Source: Octopus sinensis
Taxonomy: Eukaryota
Assembly: GCF_006345805.1 (NCBI RefSeq)
Contig: NC_042998.1
Location: 106,950,001-107,014,000, forward strand
DNA: 64,000 nt
Direction: 5' to 3'
Below are positions 1 to 12,475 of the stretch, piece by piece (the stretch's first letter is position 1; every line of letters begins with the position of its first letter). Both the position numbers and the translations under genes were made by a program. The notes under the pieces are model-generated. The model worked only from the letters and a program-made list of their open reading frames with translations. It ran no database searches and was not told the origin of the DNA.

Positions 1-1036
1 TTATATACAATAGAATTGTAGTTCTTCACTTTCAAATTTTATTGCTTGCTTGTGAGTCTTTCACTTCTCACTCACAATATTTTCCTTATACACAACCAGT
101 AAAAATAGTGGATTCCAAGACAGACACAAGGTCACAGATTAAGCGAAGGGACACAGTCTACTATAGAGACTCGACTTGATTTTATTCAGCTTCGATGTAT
201 TGATCTCAAAACGTAAAGCGTTATAACTAACAAAATTTTGTAGTATCTCGTGTGACATTCTAATGATTCTGCTAAATCACCAATAGTAAAAATGTTAAAA
301 GGATATAAAACAGTTTTTAGTTCGTAAGAGATAACAGAAATGAAAGGATTCCTTGGAGTGTATAAACAGACATTAATTCTTGGAGTGTGGCAAGAATAGA
401 AATGAAAGTCTTCAGCCACACGTCGATACTGACAACAAATAATGAGGAGTTGTTTTAAATTTGTGCAAGCCACAATTTTGTAGGGAAGATTTATAAGCCA
501 ATAAATCAATCACACACTATAACAGACACTTATTTTATGGACTTTTGAGGAATATTAGCCAAAGTCAACTTTAGCGATATTTGAACTCACAAACTAAACT
601 AAAACTGTAAAGTCCACTGTGCTACCGCTGCTGACATTCCGTCACGCTCATATACATAGCTATATTTTTAAACGTATCTTCTTAAATTAGCGCTAGTGTA
701 CGTGTCCTCTACATAGACACTCACCAAACGCCAAGAAGAAAACATTGATTGGTTCTTACACTTGCATGTTGCAAGTCGTTCTGAATATCTTTTGGAGAAA
801 GCATTCTACAAGACTTGTATGGCAGTCTTCTTGCAATCACTGATGTCGTAAGAGAGATGCATATGTTTTGTAGGAGTAAACTGGAGAGCCAAGCTAGAAT
901 TCATTAATAATATATTACTATGGGCATTCCGATATCAATATACTCGGGTAAATTCGATTCAGTTCGACCAGATAATGAGAAAAATTACTTTTTCATAATT
1001 AAGATGTTTTTAGAACATAACTTTAAAATATCTGAC

Positions 1037-1699
1037 TTAACCCTTTGAACTCGCGGGTACGTTTAAACGAACGCAATTTTGTTTGACTATAGCCCTAGAA
1101 GACACTATAGTTATGTGTTTACCGCTAAAAATAACGCTGTTTTTGCAAATTAGCGAGCGTTAATGCAAAACCAAGAGGCCTTCCACTTCTGAAACTTCCA
1201 GAGTATATAGTGAAACGAAATCGCGCTAGCTAAAGCGTGCGGACGGATTTATCAGATTAATTTTTTAAAAAACAGCATTGAAGATTTCATTCAAATCTTC
1301 CTTCCTTGCACAAACAGATCGGCGATCACCTTCTGGTGACTTCCTTAACAAGGACATAGTGTTACAATGATTGTCATGAAATTTTCACGCGAGAATAAAA
1401 TGCTGCTTTCCTTCAAGTGATTTTTACAAGGATCCATATTGTCAGCGATCGCAGATTCTAAAGAAGTTAGAATCGATCTTCTCTACCATCGTACTTCAAT
1501 GAAAATTTTATGTATCGACCCTGAATGGATAAAAAGCAAGCGTAAGATCGGCTACATTTGAACTTGGAACGAAAGCTATTCTATCTACCACTCAAACGCA
1601 AATGCGCTGTTTAAATCTAAGCATAAGTAGTTTAAAATGAAAGATTATGTATGAGAAAACCAGAGGTAGTCTCAGACATGTCAGTTTCAATAGGGTTAA
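1037..1699. mobile_element. Possible piggyBac-type non-autonomous element (TTAA-flanked)
   Basis: TTAA|CCCTTTGAAC at 1037-1050 and TTCAATAGGG|TTAA at 1686-1699. These give short imperfect TIRs (CCCT-TTGAA-C vs CCCTATTGAAAC) with a TTAA duplication. No coding capacity recognised. Confidence 0.35.
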
Positions 1700-1729
1700 C
1701 AAAAATACCACGAGATATTTTTATTCGGT

Positions 1730-2950
1730 GCACTTGTTTATCTGTTTTCTAGTAGATGTATAATCGTACGCACCCCCCCCCCACACACACACCTTGCTAT
1801 AAAAGCAGATAGTAATTTTACCTTGTAATTATTCTTAGTGCAAGTTTTGAAGAGTGCAGTTCAATTTTAACAGTTATGTTTTTAAAGCTATAATGGAAAT
1901 GACAAAGGAGCATATTCGGCATATTTTGCTTTTTGAGTTCAATAAAGGCAACAACGCAACGAAAAGTGCGAGGAATATTAATGCAGTATATGGGGATCGG
2001 GCAATAAGCATAAGCCAGTGGCAACGATGGTTCCAGAATTTCCGAACCGAAAACTACAGTCTAGAAGACGAGCTTCATCCTGGAAGATCTGTAGAGCTCG
2101 ACGAGGACGTCCAGCAAACCCTAGTGGGACAAAATCCCATTGTAACTGTTGAGGGACTAGCAGAGAAGCTTGGATTTGGTCATTAAACCATTCATCGACA
2201 CCTGCATGCCATTGGAAAAGTCAGCAAATTGGGTCAATGGGTTCCTCACAAACTTTCCTAGTCTAATTATGCGAAGATAGTGAATGTGTGCTCTTCTTTG
2301 CTGTCAAGTCTTGCGAATAAACCTTTTTCGGATCTTTTTGCTGACGAGAAATGGGTTCTCTGTCAAGCGCCGAAGACAGTGGGTAGGGAAAGGAGAAACA
2401 CCGATATCCTAGGCTAAAGAAGGTCTTTACTCATGTAAGGTGTTGTTATTTGTTTGGTGGGACATGAAGTGTTTAGTTCTTTTTGAACTTTTAAACCCAA
2501 ACCAAACGGTAACAAAGGAGATCTACAGCGAGCAGCTTTAGCGGCTTAAGTCAGCGCTAGAAGAAAAAGTAACCATCTTTGGTTTCAAGACGAAAGGTGT
2601 TCTTCCATCAGGATAATGCTCGACCACATACAGTGAGGATGACATTCCAAAGACTAGAAACGTGCCCCACCCACCATATTCGCCGGATATTCCGCAGTCT
2701 TTAAAATCATTTGGACAGGAACAATATGAATTCTGTAGACGAGGTCAGAACAAAACTGGAGAAATATTTTTCGTCACGGACAAGTGTATTTTGGAAGAAG
2801 AGCCTTGCAAGTCTACCAGATAGATGGAAGAGCAGTGTAGAAAATGAAGGTGGGTATATTTTAGATTAAAAAAGAACTTTGTTTATCTTAATTTTGAAAA
2901 ATAAAAGAAGATAAAAGAAGCATAAAAAAACTGCATTATTTATGGGATGA

Positions 2951-2954
<4 letters not shown>
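1730..2954 (+). mobile_element. Decayed mariner (Tc1/mariner) DNA transposon
   Basis: Transposase remnant inside. A right-terminus-like sequence (…GCATTATTTATGGGATGACCTA) runs into (TA)n at ~2954. No matching left TIR found, so the left boundary is approximate. Confidence 0.88.
1893..2869 (+). pseudogene. Mariner transposase pseudogene
   Basis: HTH region (HIRHILLFEFNKGNNATKSARNINAVYG…QRWFQNFR), WVPHKL motif, DEKW first catalytic D, PPYSPDI motif and terminal GGYILD*. Several stops and frameshifts. Confidence 0.92.
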
Positions 2955-2992
<38 letters not shown>

Positions 2993-2996
<4 letters not shown>

Positions 2997-3290
2997 AAGA
3001 CTTGTGAGTGGATTTGGTAGACGGAAACTGAAAGAAACCCGTCGTATATGTATATATATATGTGTGTGTGTGTGCATGTATATGTTTATGTGCCTGTGTT
3101 TGTCCCCTAACATCGCTTGACAGCCGATGAAGGTGTGTTTACGTCCCCGTAAACTTAACGGTTCGGCAAAAGGAACCGATAGAATAAGTACTAGACTTCC
3201 AAAGAATACGTCCCGGAGTCGATTTGCTTGACTAAAGGTGGTGCTCCAGCATGGCCGCAGTCAAATGACTGAAACAAGTAAAACAGAAAG
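2993..3290 (+). mobile_element. tRNA-derived SINE family A, 5'-truncated
   Basis: CTTGTGAGTGGATTTGGTAGACGGAAACTGAAAG body, internal (TA)/(TG) microsatellite and tail GGTGCTCCAGCATGGCCGCAGTCAAATGACTGAAACAAGTAAAA. Matches the full copy at 25099. Confidence 0.88.
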
Positions 3291-3320
3291 ACAGAAAAGA
3301 TATATATATTTATATATATA

Positions 3321-3390
<70 letters not shown>

Positions 3391-3392
<2 letters not shown>

Positions 3393-4228
3393 GAGTTGAC
3401 GTACCGGTAATTCCCGAAAAAGCGTTCTCATAATTGTTTCGCTAATTCAATAACAACAATTATAAAGTATGTAGCCCTTAAAACGGTTTTAGTGCATTTA
3501 CAGAGAATACCGAACTGTCTTATACAGGATCTTGTTTTTAGGAATTCCCAATAAGTTATGGATACCCAAATTATGAAGTCAGTTATGTAATAACATGAAA
3601 TTAGTTACCCGATAGTGAGAATTCAACTAAAGTAGCCCCGAAAAAGGCTTTAATGCGTTCCCAGAGTATATAGAATTAAGGAAGAAATGCTAATAAGGTA
3701 TGTATAATAAAATCGTGAGGTATGTTACATAATAACAGGCTAATCAGATATGAGATAATAACAATTCAGAGTAAATAACTCTGAAAAGGGCGTTCCCAGA
3801 GAATATTACCCACAGCGGCGCTAGTGTTGGTATATTCGTGAATAAGTCACTAACCGAAATAAGGGAATCTATTGTTTAGGAAAATACTATTTAGTTGTTT
3901 AAGGGATGTACTGGATAAATGGCAAAAATAATTCTAACTGTTCAAATACTAAGAAATAAGCATACTCAATTTGATTTATACCAAATGATGTAGGAAAATG
4001 AATGGGTTATTTCCCTTGGCTGTTAAAAAGAATTACATTACAAATATATAAGGATCCTATTCAAGGGCCCTATTATCGATTTATTCAACAATCTGAGTAT
4101 ACTATGAGGTTTCCAGACATGAGTTCTACTCACGTGTCAAGTTTCATCAAAATCTATAAAACGATGTAGGAGGAGTTAGCTAACAACTCCACAGACACAC
4201 CCACAGGCAGAATTTCCCACATATGTAG
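3391..4228 (-). mobile_element. Non-autonomous Helitron-like element, copy 1
   Basis: About 830 bp homologous over its whole length to 39749-40661, whose termini read 5'-TC…CTAG-3' on the minus strand. No ORF. Confidence 0.65.
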
Positions 4229-4320
4229 TGTGTGTATATATATATATATTTATGTATGCATGTATGTATATATAAGTATATAAGTATATATATGCATGTA
4301 TATATATCTATATATATACA

Positions 4321-4369
<49 letters not shown>

Positions 4370-4411
4370 ATGTTCACATACATACACATACATATATATA
4401 TGGGGGGTATG

Positions 4412-4460
<49 letters not shown>

Positions 4461-4718
4461 CGACGGGCTTCTTTCAGTTCCCGTCTACCAAATCCACTCA
4501 CAAGGCTTTGAAAAAGAAATAAAAATAGTAACCCAACAAAGACATAAATGAGTAAGGTCATTGCATCAGTTGCTGTGGAGTACTCAGTGCTTACTAACTC
4601 TTTAGTTACTCTCGGTTATAGTAGAAAACACACGCCCGAGATGCCACGCAGTGGGACTGAACCCAGAACCATGTGGCTGGGAAGCAAGCTTCCTACCATA
4701 CACTCACGCCTGCACCTA
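4461..4718 (-). mobile_element. SINE family A head, interrupted by a ~100 bp insert
   Basis: Reverse complement of the head (TAGGTGCAGGCGTGAGTG…GGTTCAGTCCCACTGCGTGG). Unrelated sequence occupies 4511-4610. Confidence 0.85.
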
Positions 4719-4740
4719 TATATATATATATATATATATA

Positions 4741-4779
4741 CTAGCATTATGACCCGTCGTTGCGGGGTCATAGTGCTAG
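4741..4779. other. 39-bp CTAG-to-CTAG foldback hairpin
   Basis: CTAGCATTATGACCC / GGGTCATAGTGCTAG form a 15-bp stem with one T·G pair and a 9-nt loop, flanked by A and T. Confidence 0.8.
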
Positions 4780-4859
4780 TGCATGTATATATGTGTATAT
4801 ATATGTGTACATATTACGTGTACTTCTATATATATACATCTACACATAAAATACAAAAT

Positions 4860-5750
4860 ACAAAGTTATATCTTGATATCGCTAGTGATAACAATGCTCA
4901 AAATATAAAACAGACTGGAATTGTAGGTTCGTCTCTTGCAATTTCGATCAATTGTATCTTGTCCTCCCTCTTTTATAGAAGTGTGGCTACAATCCAGCCT
5001 ACATCTACTTCTGGGGGGATATTTTTAATTTTCATCCGGGACGTCCTACGTCCCAGATATAAAGGTAAGAATAAAATATTTCCACTTTGCAAGGTTCGAG
5101 TCGAGTACTCCCTTGCACGCCCCGTTGACTCGAACCTTGCTTCTATTGTGGAGAAATTACCGCCTCTGGTTAGATATCTTTCATAGTTGCACCAAGACAC
5201 TTTTCGATGGTGCTTTCCTCCAGGTGTTCAAATCTTTTTTTTCTCTATATTGTATACTTTATAGACAATAGTCTTTTCTTTAATTTAATTTTTTATTTCG
5301 TTTGGTGGTGTTATCCTAGATTCACCGTCTTTGTCGGTGATCAATCCGTATTTCTTCTATTTTAATTTCAATGAGTTCGCGCCTGCCGACGGCTGCAGCG
5401 AAATTCATTTTTGGGCTTTCTTTTATCGAAGGCATTCTAACAAAAATGCTTCCGTGTAAACGGTGAAAATATTGTCAATTTCCCCAAACAAGAACACAAT
5501 TCAATTTTTAAACAATAACCAAAGCTCCTTCTCCCAAAGGGGGAGGGTTACAGTTTACAATTATTTAACAAATGCAACACAACAATGTTTCCTTTACGAG
5601 GAACCAACAAACGTGATAACAATAGTTAAACAGTAATAATAATAATGACAAACCTTACGATGAGTCAGAAAGCAGTAAGCAGTTGAAGCTTTAGTCCTTT
5701 ATGCATAAGAAATAAACCAACAGCTCTGTAGGAGCGGCTGTTCGAGAAAA
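4860..5750 (-). mobile_element. Probable 5' end (UTR plus decayed ORF1) of an L1/Tx1-like LINE
   Basis: Broken frames read MNFAAAVG…KEKTIVYKVYNIEKK…LYLGRRTSRMKIKNIPPEVDVGWIVATL, resembling an RRM-type ORF1. Family assignment is by resemblance only. Confidence 0.45.
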
Positions 5751-6129
5751 CAGATATTACATACAGCTAAACTTCATATAGATACTTAATGCTAGCTAAT
5801 TAGCAGATAATCTAATGTAAAAGCACAGCTCCATCTGGACTATTCCATTTCTGCACGCTAATTTTATTTTTAATTTATTCCTATTCATGTGAAACCACTT
5901 ATTCAAGTTCAAATCATTGATGCAATTTTATACCAATCGCTATTTTTACTTTTGTTATGTTATGATTATATTATACTTTAGTTTGATTTTAATTATTACT
6001 TACTACATATAATTCAATTGTTATTATTATTTTTATTGTTAAAGTGAAAGCATCTGACATAAAATAGAGAAATGTTTTTGTTTCAGTTTTAACACGTAAT
6101 ACTGAAATAGTGGAGAAGATATGATATTG

Positions 6130-6285
6130 CTATGGGCTCGCTCTAGGCAAGAAGTTGAACATTGTTTTTGCCCATGAAAGTACATGGACCCTAAGTAAGG
6201 CATATGTAAAATTTGAATGAAATTGGTTGTGTAGTTCTCAAGTTTTAGGGAAATACACAGACAGACACACAGACACACAATCTCA

Positions 6286-6293
<8 letters not shown>
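6130..6293 (-). mobile_element. Helitron-like 5' terminal fragment (different family)
   Basis: Minus strand begins TATATAAAACTGAGATTGTGTGTCTGT…ACCAATTTCATTCAAATTTTAC, the same terminal architecture as the 3.4 kb and 39.7 kb elements. Confidence 0.45.
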
Positions 6294-6316
<23 letters not shown>

Positions 6317-6364
6317 GTAGGTATATATGTATATATATATATATACGTATGTATATATATATAA

Positions 6365-6420
<56 letters not shown>

Positions 6421-6433
6421 GTAGGTATATGTT

Positions 6434-6467
<34 letters not shown>

Positions 6468-6491
6468 TGTATGTATGTATGTATGTATGTA

Positions 6492-6960
6492 TGTCAGGTC
6501 ACTTTCGAGTGCTATTGGTAACATGTAACCCAGTACTACCTGTTGCATGGTCGGGTCGTCGGCGACTAAACCGGCAACCCTACCACGTTCGCTTGGTGAG
6601 GAGGGTGTTTATTGGTCACCCTGCTGGATGAAAAACAAAACCCGTCAAAGGGCGGAGGAACTCTTGAGAGTCAACCACCATCCAATAAATCTCGGATTGA
6701 ATACCCGATCGCGCAGTTAAACCATTGGGAGTGAAGGACTCCTAGCCTTTGTCAGGGCATCCTTCTAGGAGAAGGCAACTCAGGTAACTGGGATAACTCC
6801 GACATAAAACCTGCGGCTCAGTCGTTACCGATGATGTTGACTTGTTCTTCTTTCCGGATTATGGCTGCTGTTGCTTGGTGAGTGGGATTGACTCAGTGCA
6901 CAGCCTTTCCTCACTTAAAAAAATATCTTCTTGCACAGACATTGCACGATAACAACATTG
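6492..6960 (+). mobile_element. Orphan 5' UTR of an RTE-type LINE, with a candidate HDV-like ribozyme remnant
   Basis: GGGCATCCTTCTAGGAGAAGGCAACTC resembles the RTE UTR motif also seen at ~16540-16570 (minus). The 5' part has pairings compatible with an HDV-like fold (see findings). Confidence 0.5.
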
Positions 6961-7208
6961 ATTAAGCTTCATGCAATGGCCATACTCGATAACGAGGGGG
7001 CAGCCACCATGTATGTATGTATGCATGTATGTATTATGTAAAGGCTATTTCAAAGTCAGCGTGGTTGACGGTGACCTTGAAATTCATCTCACTCGCCTTA
7101 CATCATTTTTCTACCAAAGAAAAATGCCCTTGTTTTATTTAAAGACAACGGCCATTCAACACGTATGGTGTTGGGGGGTTTCTTAACTCCTCTTCTGCCC
7201 CTCTCTCA

Positions 7209-7526
<318 letters not shown>

Positions 7527-7561
7527 CAAAGAATTCATGAAATCAAGGCTATGAAAGAAAA

Positions 7562-7650
7562 TACTTACCCAAAGTGCCACGCTGTAGGACCAGACTCGAA
7601 TCGCATGGATACAAAGCTAACCGTGCCCGTTAGCCACACAGTCGTCTCCA
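7562..7650 (-). mobile_element. Old SINE family A head fragment
   Basis: Minus strand GACTGTGTGGCTAA…GATTCGAGTCTGGTCCTACAGCGTGGCACTTTGGGTAAG. Confidence 0.55.
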
Positions 7651-8579
7651 CAACATTACATTTCAATGTTTGGTTAGTAAAATATACTATCAGAGCAAAA
7701 TCACCTAGTAACTGTGGGTATCAGCTTTTGCACGGCAAATTTCTCATTTATAATTCAAAAACTTTTTATTCTCATTTATTTTTCACACCTTCTTCGTTTG
7801 CTCAGCATGAGTGAATGTATTTCATCATTACATGTTAGAGTGTGTGTGATTGGGATTTATTTTCCCTTATAACATTTTCCACAATAACTTTTCTTTTTTT
7901 TCTTTTTCTTTTCTTTTTTGAGGATTCTTATATATTCTATATTCACTACATTCATATATGTTCTAAAGGACCTCCACTTTTGTACAATGCTAGCTGGAGA
8001 TTAACAGAGAACGCCGGATGAGATTGTATATGAGTCAGTGTATGGATGCAGAATAGGAAACTAAGTATTAAAGATATCATATACTAAAAATTATAAACGT
8101 GTATCCATGCATGCATACTTACACATATACATTTAGAAACAGCTCAAATTCAAACCAAACACATCTACAATTATTTACACACATGAGCTGCAATACACGT
8201 GCTCAAGCACACGCGTGCGCGCACATACACACACAATAGAATCAAACACATATATGTATATGTGTATATGTATATATATATATAATATATATATATAATA
8301 TATATATATATAGTGTATGTCATATGTGTACATATATATTTTGTACAGATAAAATATAAAGCCTTAATCTTTGCTAAAAGAATTCTTCTCTTACTAAAGA
8401 CAAGATAGATATTCTACATGCTAGTGTTAGAAATACAGTTATTGAGTTTGAGAGAAAGTTATGGACTAGAAAAGATAGGCAAAAGAATTCTCTTATCACA
8501 GTGAGATCTAGCGACTTTGGCCAGATCACTGACCTCTTTGGTATCTATTTGTTATTTTTAAAATATTACTTTTGAATAT

Positions 8580-9230
8580 AACAAAGAACGAGCTCCAAGA
8601 AATGGATAGAAAAACCAGGAAAATGATGACAATGAACAAGGAGCTGCATCCTAAAAGTGATATCGATGGACTGTAAGTGCCTAGTTACAAGAGAGGAAGA
8701 GGTCTCACGGGATGCATGATCTGTGTTGTCAATGAGGAAAGTAGTCTGAGATGGTACGGCAAACAGCAGATTGAACCTTTGTCGCTGTCAAAAGTAGCTA
8801 CACGATACATAACGCAAATATGACACACCCAAAATACATTTAAGAAACAAGATGGAAAGATTAAACATCTGGAAAAGGATAACGCTGCCTGGGCAGTACC
8901 CCAGAGAAACCGAAGGGGAAAACAAGACCAAAACTTGGAGGAAAAGTGACCTGAAAGGATGCACTGAGGCATTGATATACAGTGCTCTCAGGAACAAACT
9001 TTGAGAATTAAGTACACCAAGTTCCAAATAGATAAGAGCAGTAAACCGCCCCTTTGTAAGGTGCCTGACAACAAAAGCGAAACAACACGTATTGTGACTG
9101 AGTAACAAATTGAGCCAAAAGGAATACGAAAGAAGCCACGATGACGCGGCTAAGTTTCTTCAATGGCGATTGTATGAGAAGTACGGTCTTGGAAGAAGAT
9201 GAAAATGGAATGAACATGAAAGACCTGATC
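8580..9230 (+). mobile_element. R4/Dong-like (RLE) LINE fragment, RT C-terminus to zinc knuckle
   Basis: ELQEMDRKTRKMMTMNKELHPKSDIDGL…RGRGL; KSDLKGCTEALI; PLCKV…SET…IVT; EYERSHDDAAKFLQW. Stops and frameshifts present. Confidence 0.8.
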
Positions 9231-10379
9231 TTCAATCCTTGCGCTTGTAGCTGAAAGTGAACCGGTTATCTCCCATTTTATAAATATTCAAAGGCAATAT
9301 TCAAAGGAGATACTTTGTGCTTTTGTTGTTGCTGGATTGGGGTTTTTTTCCCCTAATTCCCACTGTAATTTCCTTTGCGATTATCCACTGGTCTATGACA
9401 GCAAAGCACACTAATGTAAGTATTTTCTTAGTGGATGTAATACCTTCCTATGTGACATGATGCTGATGCTAAAGCGATATACAATGCCATCCGCAGAGCA
9501 CTGCAAGACGATAAATATAAGCAATAATTTTGTTATTGAATACATATATATCGACACAAGGATTATTGATGAAGCAATATAGTTATTTGAGACTGAAAAT
9601 CAAAGTTATGTACAGTCATAGTGGTTAGCTGTCCCGTTGATGACAAAGAAAATGCAATGAAACCTTAACCTCCTCTACTCTGATCATAAATTTACATTTT
9701 CCCCGATAGTCACGAGTGCACTTGTTATGTTTGTAAATGTGCAAGTGATAACCTGCATAAGCTAGGATTTTCGGGCAAGGAAAGAGGTCGGATAACACGC
9801 GATTCATATATGCAATCTGAAAGAGATATAAATATGCAAGAACTTTCTGAAGTACAAAATGTAAGCATCGTCATTTTTTATAGCTAAACTACAGCGTTTG
9901 CTGTTTTAGGAACCAGCATCTTCTTTCTAAAAAGAATTCTAATCATCTATTAAATCTGCTTGTTCCCCGCGTTAATTATTCCGTCCGTAACGCTTTCACG
10001 TGATTAGTTGGAGAGGGTGGAAAGGGTGGAAGGGGGGAGGAAGTGGAGGGAATGGAGGGAGTGAAGGTGATGAGCGAAATGTGTAATTCTTTTAACTAAG
10101 TTTTTTTTTTTGCTCCGTTGTAACATTTTTTGTTCTGTCAGTAACATTTTTATGAGATTAGTTGGAGGGGAAGGCGGAGAGCAAGAGAAAAACAGTGAGA
10201 AAGAAAAAGGAGAAAAGAGGGTAAGGGGAAGAGTGATGGAAAAGAGGGAGAATACATGGTCAGTCTGACCATGACCCCCACCCCACTACACATAGGGGTT
10301 TCGAGATTTGTTGATCGGCAATAAAGTAACGAACACTAACATAGCATTTTGGCCTCACCTAGTTTTCTCTCAGTGATAC

Positions 10380-11110
10380 GTTCATGTACAAAATTTCCTA
10401 AGATGGGTTCATTATAAGTTGCTTATGCCTTTGCAACGCTACACCTACTAACTGGCACTTTACATATAAAATTTCACCTCTGTAACATGGACCATACCAT
10501 CAAACCCACCACTAAATTTCTCTGGAAACACAATGTGAACTACTGCCTAAAATTAACCCACCCGAAAAAAATTCCTCATGAGAACGGTTATATTCTCCTA
10601 CCCACCACTGGATGAAATAACATTGATTTTATACTGTCTGTACCTTATACTGTCTGTACCTTATTTCCCCTTGCTATGCCCACATCATTGTACTATGCTG
10701 TACTTCACTTGTATTCTCGTGTTTACTCTTACTCTTATTCTTATTCTACTCTATTTAAAAGGGTAAACACACCTTAGCTATTCTTAAATGACTTTTATAT
10801 GTGTAATTCCCCTCCCAACCACTTAGACCCTCTGAAGAAGCTTAGTAGTACATCCACTATCCAAGCCTTGTCTGCTCATCCCTGCATAATACTGAAGAGA
10901 TGGAGATAACCTGGAAGATTTCGTTGCCTCTTGACAGAAACGGCCGTAAGAAACTAGTACCTGCACACTCATTTAGTTTTTTGCCAATTTGCTCATTTGC
11001 TCAATTGCTCTTTGGCTTCATATCCTTATATCCTTGTGCACTTACCAGCTTTTTCCACTCGCTAATTTGTACCACTCATACATGATGTATTCATCCAATA
11101 CATTTAAATA
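10380..11110 (+). mobile_element. Possible Penelope-like element 3' remnant
   Basis: Very decayed GIY-YIG C-terminus-like stretch. Terminal region has CTGAAGA and GAAACGGCCGTA (hammerhead-like half motifs) and ends in AATAAATAAAC. Confidence 0.4.
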
Positions 11111-11199
11111 AATAAACATACTGGAATGTTTACCGGCTGATGTCTGTCGATTTTATATCCTCTCCGTTTTCTTATTTGCCGTATAAATCAAGGGTAAAC

Positions 11200-11345
11200 C
11201 ACTCGTTTACCCCCGTCCATATATAATACTCAATTGCGAGATTGCCATGCAATAATTAGCACTTGTCTATGAATAATTGGGTACACTACCATCAGTATAT
11301 TGGATAGGTACTATCCGTTAGTTGGTTTCCCAACCTCTAATTCAC
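11200..11345 (-). mobile_element. LINE 3'-region remnant (homologous to 31240-31380)
   Basis: GCACTTGTCTATGAATAATTGGGTACACTACCATCAGTATATTGGATAG aligns with CACTTGTGTATTAATAATTGGGTATTCTACCAGCAGTATATTGGATAG at 31290. Confidence 0.5.
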
Positions 11346-11442
11346 ACAGAAATAAATGTGTGTATGTATTCCAAAGTTTTAAATAGAAACACAACAAACG
11401 TAATATATTTACACACATACATATATACATATACATACATGC

Positions 11443-11477
<35 letters not shown>

Positions 11478-11524
11478 CGTGTGTGTGCGTAAATACATTT
11501 ACATAGATAGTTAGATATATATAT

Positions 11525-11583
<59 letters not shown>

Positions 11584-12443
11584 CTTACACACACACACAC
11601 ACTCATATATCCTTAACTTAATGTTTTAGTGAAGTGGTGATGTAATAGTTCAAACGTTATACCACAACCTAACTATACTTAAACGCAAAAAAAGTGAAGT
11701 GTATTCATATGATTATTTTTCTTCATGTTCAATTTGATTTTGTAAAGCAAATGTCATAAAGCACTACTCAACTAGTGTCACATTCCTACATAACATTTTA
11801 AGCTGGTGCACTAAGCATTATTAAATACAAAAATCAATCTAATGTCTACACACTCCTCTGAAATTTCTGGCTTTCTACCTATGTTGAAAACCACAAATAA
11901 TATTAGTAGGAATTAATTGCGTTCAGTATATATATAAACTCAATTTGAAGAAAGCTACATGCACAAAATTTCTTGTTGGTAAATTCAGATATATTTACAT
12001 GTATCACTTCATTGTATTTATTTCATATGTTGTGAGGTATTTTATATAATTTCTGTAATTTAAATGATACATGTAGTCAAAAACAAAAAAAAAACATGTG
12101 GATACGAATTATTACAGTGACAGCTAAGGAGTATTACTGTAAAACTATAACTATTTTTAGTAACTTGTAAATTTGGCAGATTCTAGACGCCATATTTGTA
12201 ATCATTTAAGATTTGGATTTTCTGAGAACTACTCACAGTGGAAACTCACTCTCCAATACTTGTAAGGTGGGGGCCCCTTCTTATATATATATTTAATGGC
12301 TAAATATCAAGGGATTAATCTGCGTGCTTTTCCTCCACTTCTTTCAAGCATCTTGCGTAGCATATCCCGATGTCATTTAGATTCAATACAAATAACTATA
12401 TGTATGTGTATGTATATATATATATATATGTGTGTGTGTGTGC

Positions 12444-12475
<32 letters not shown>

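Noticed and set aside
186-509. 107-aa minus-strand ORF
   Set aside because: Starts at TTG, no recognisable motif or homology. Not supportable as a CDS.
716-880. Exon-like segment with good splice sites
   Set aside because: Equally plausible exons overlap on both strands (plus ~716-847, minus 725-880), showing how easily such signals arise. Kept only as part of a low-confidence finding.
10255-10273. Palindrome CATGGTCAG-T-CTGACCATG (and an 8-bp hairpin at 11192-11212)
   Set aside because: Too short to distinguish from chance in 64 kb.
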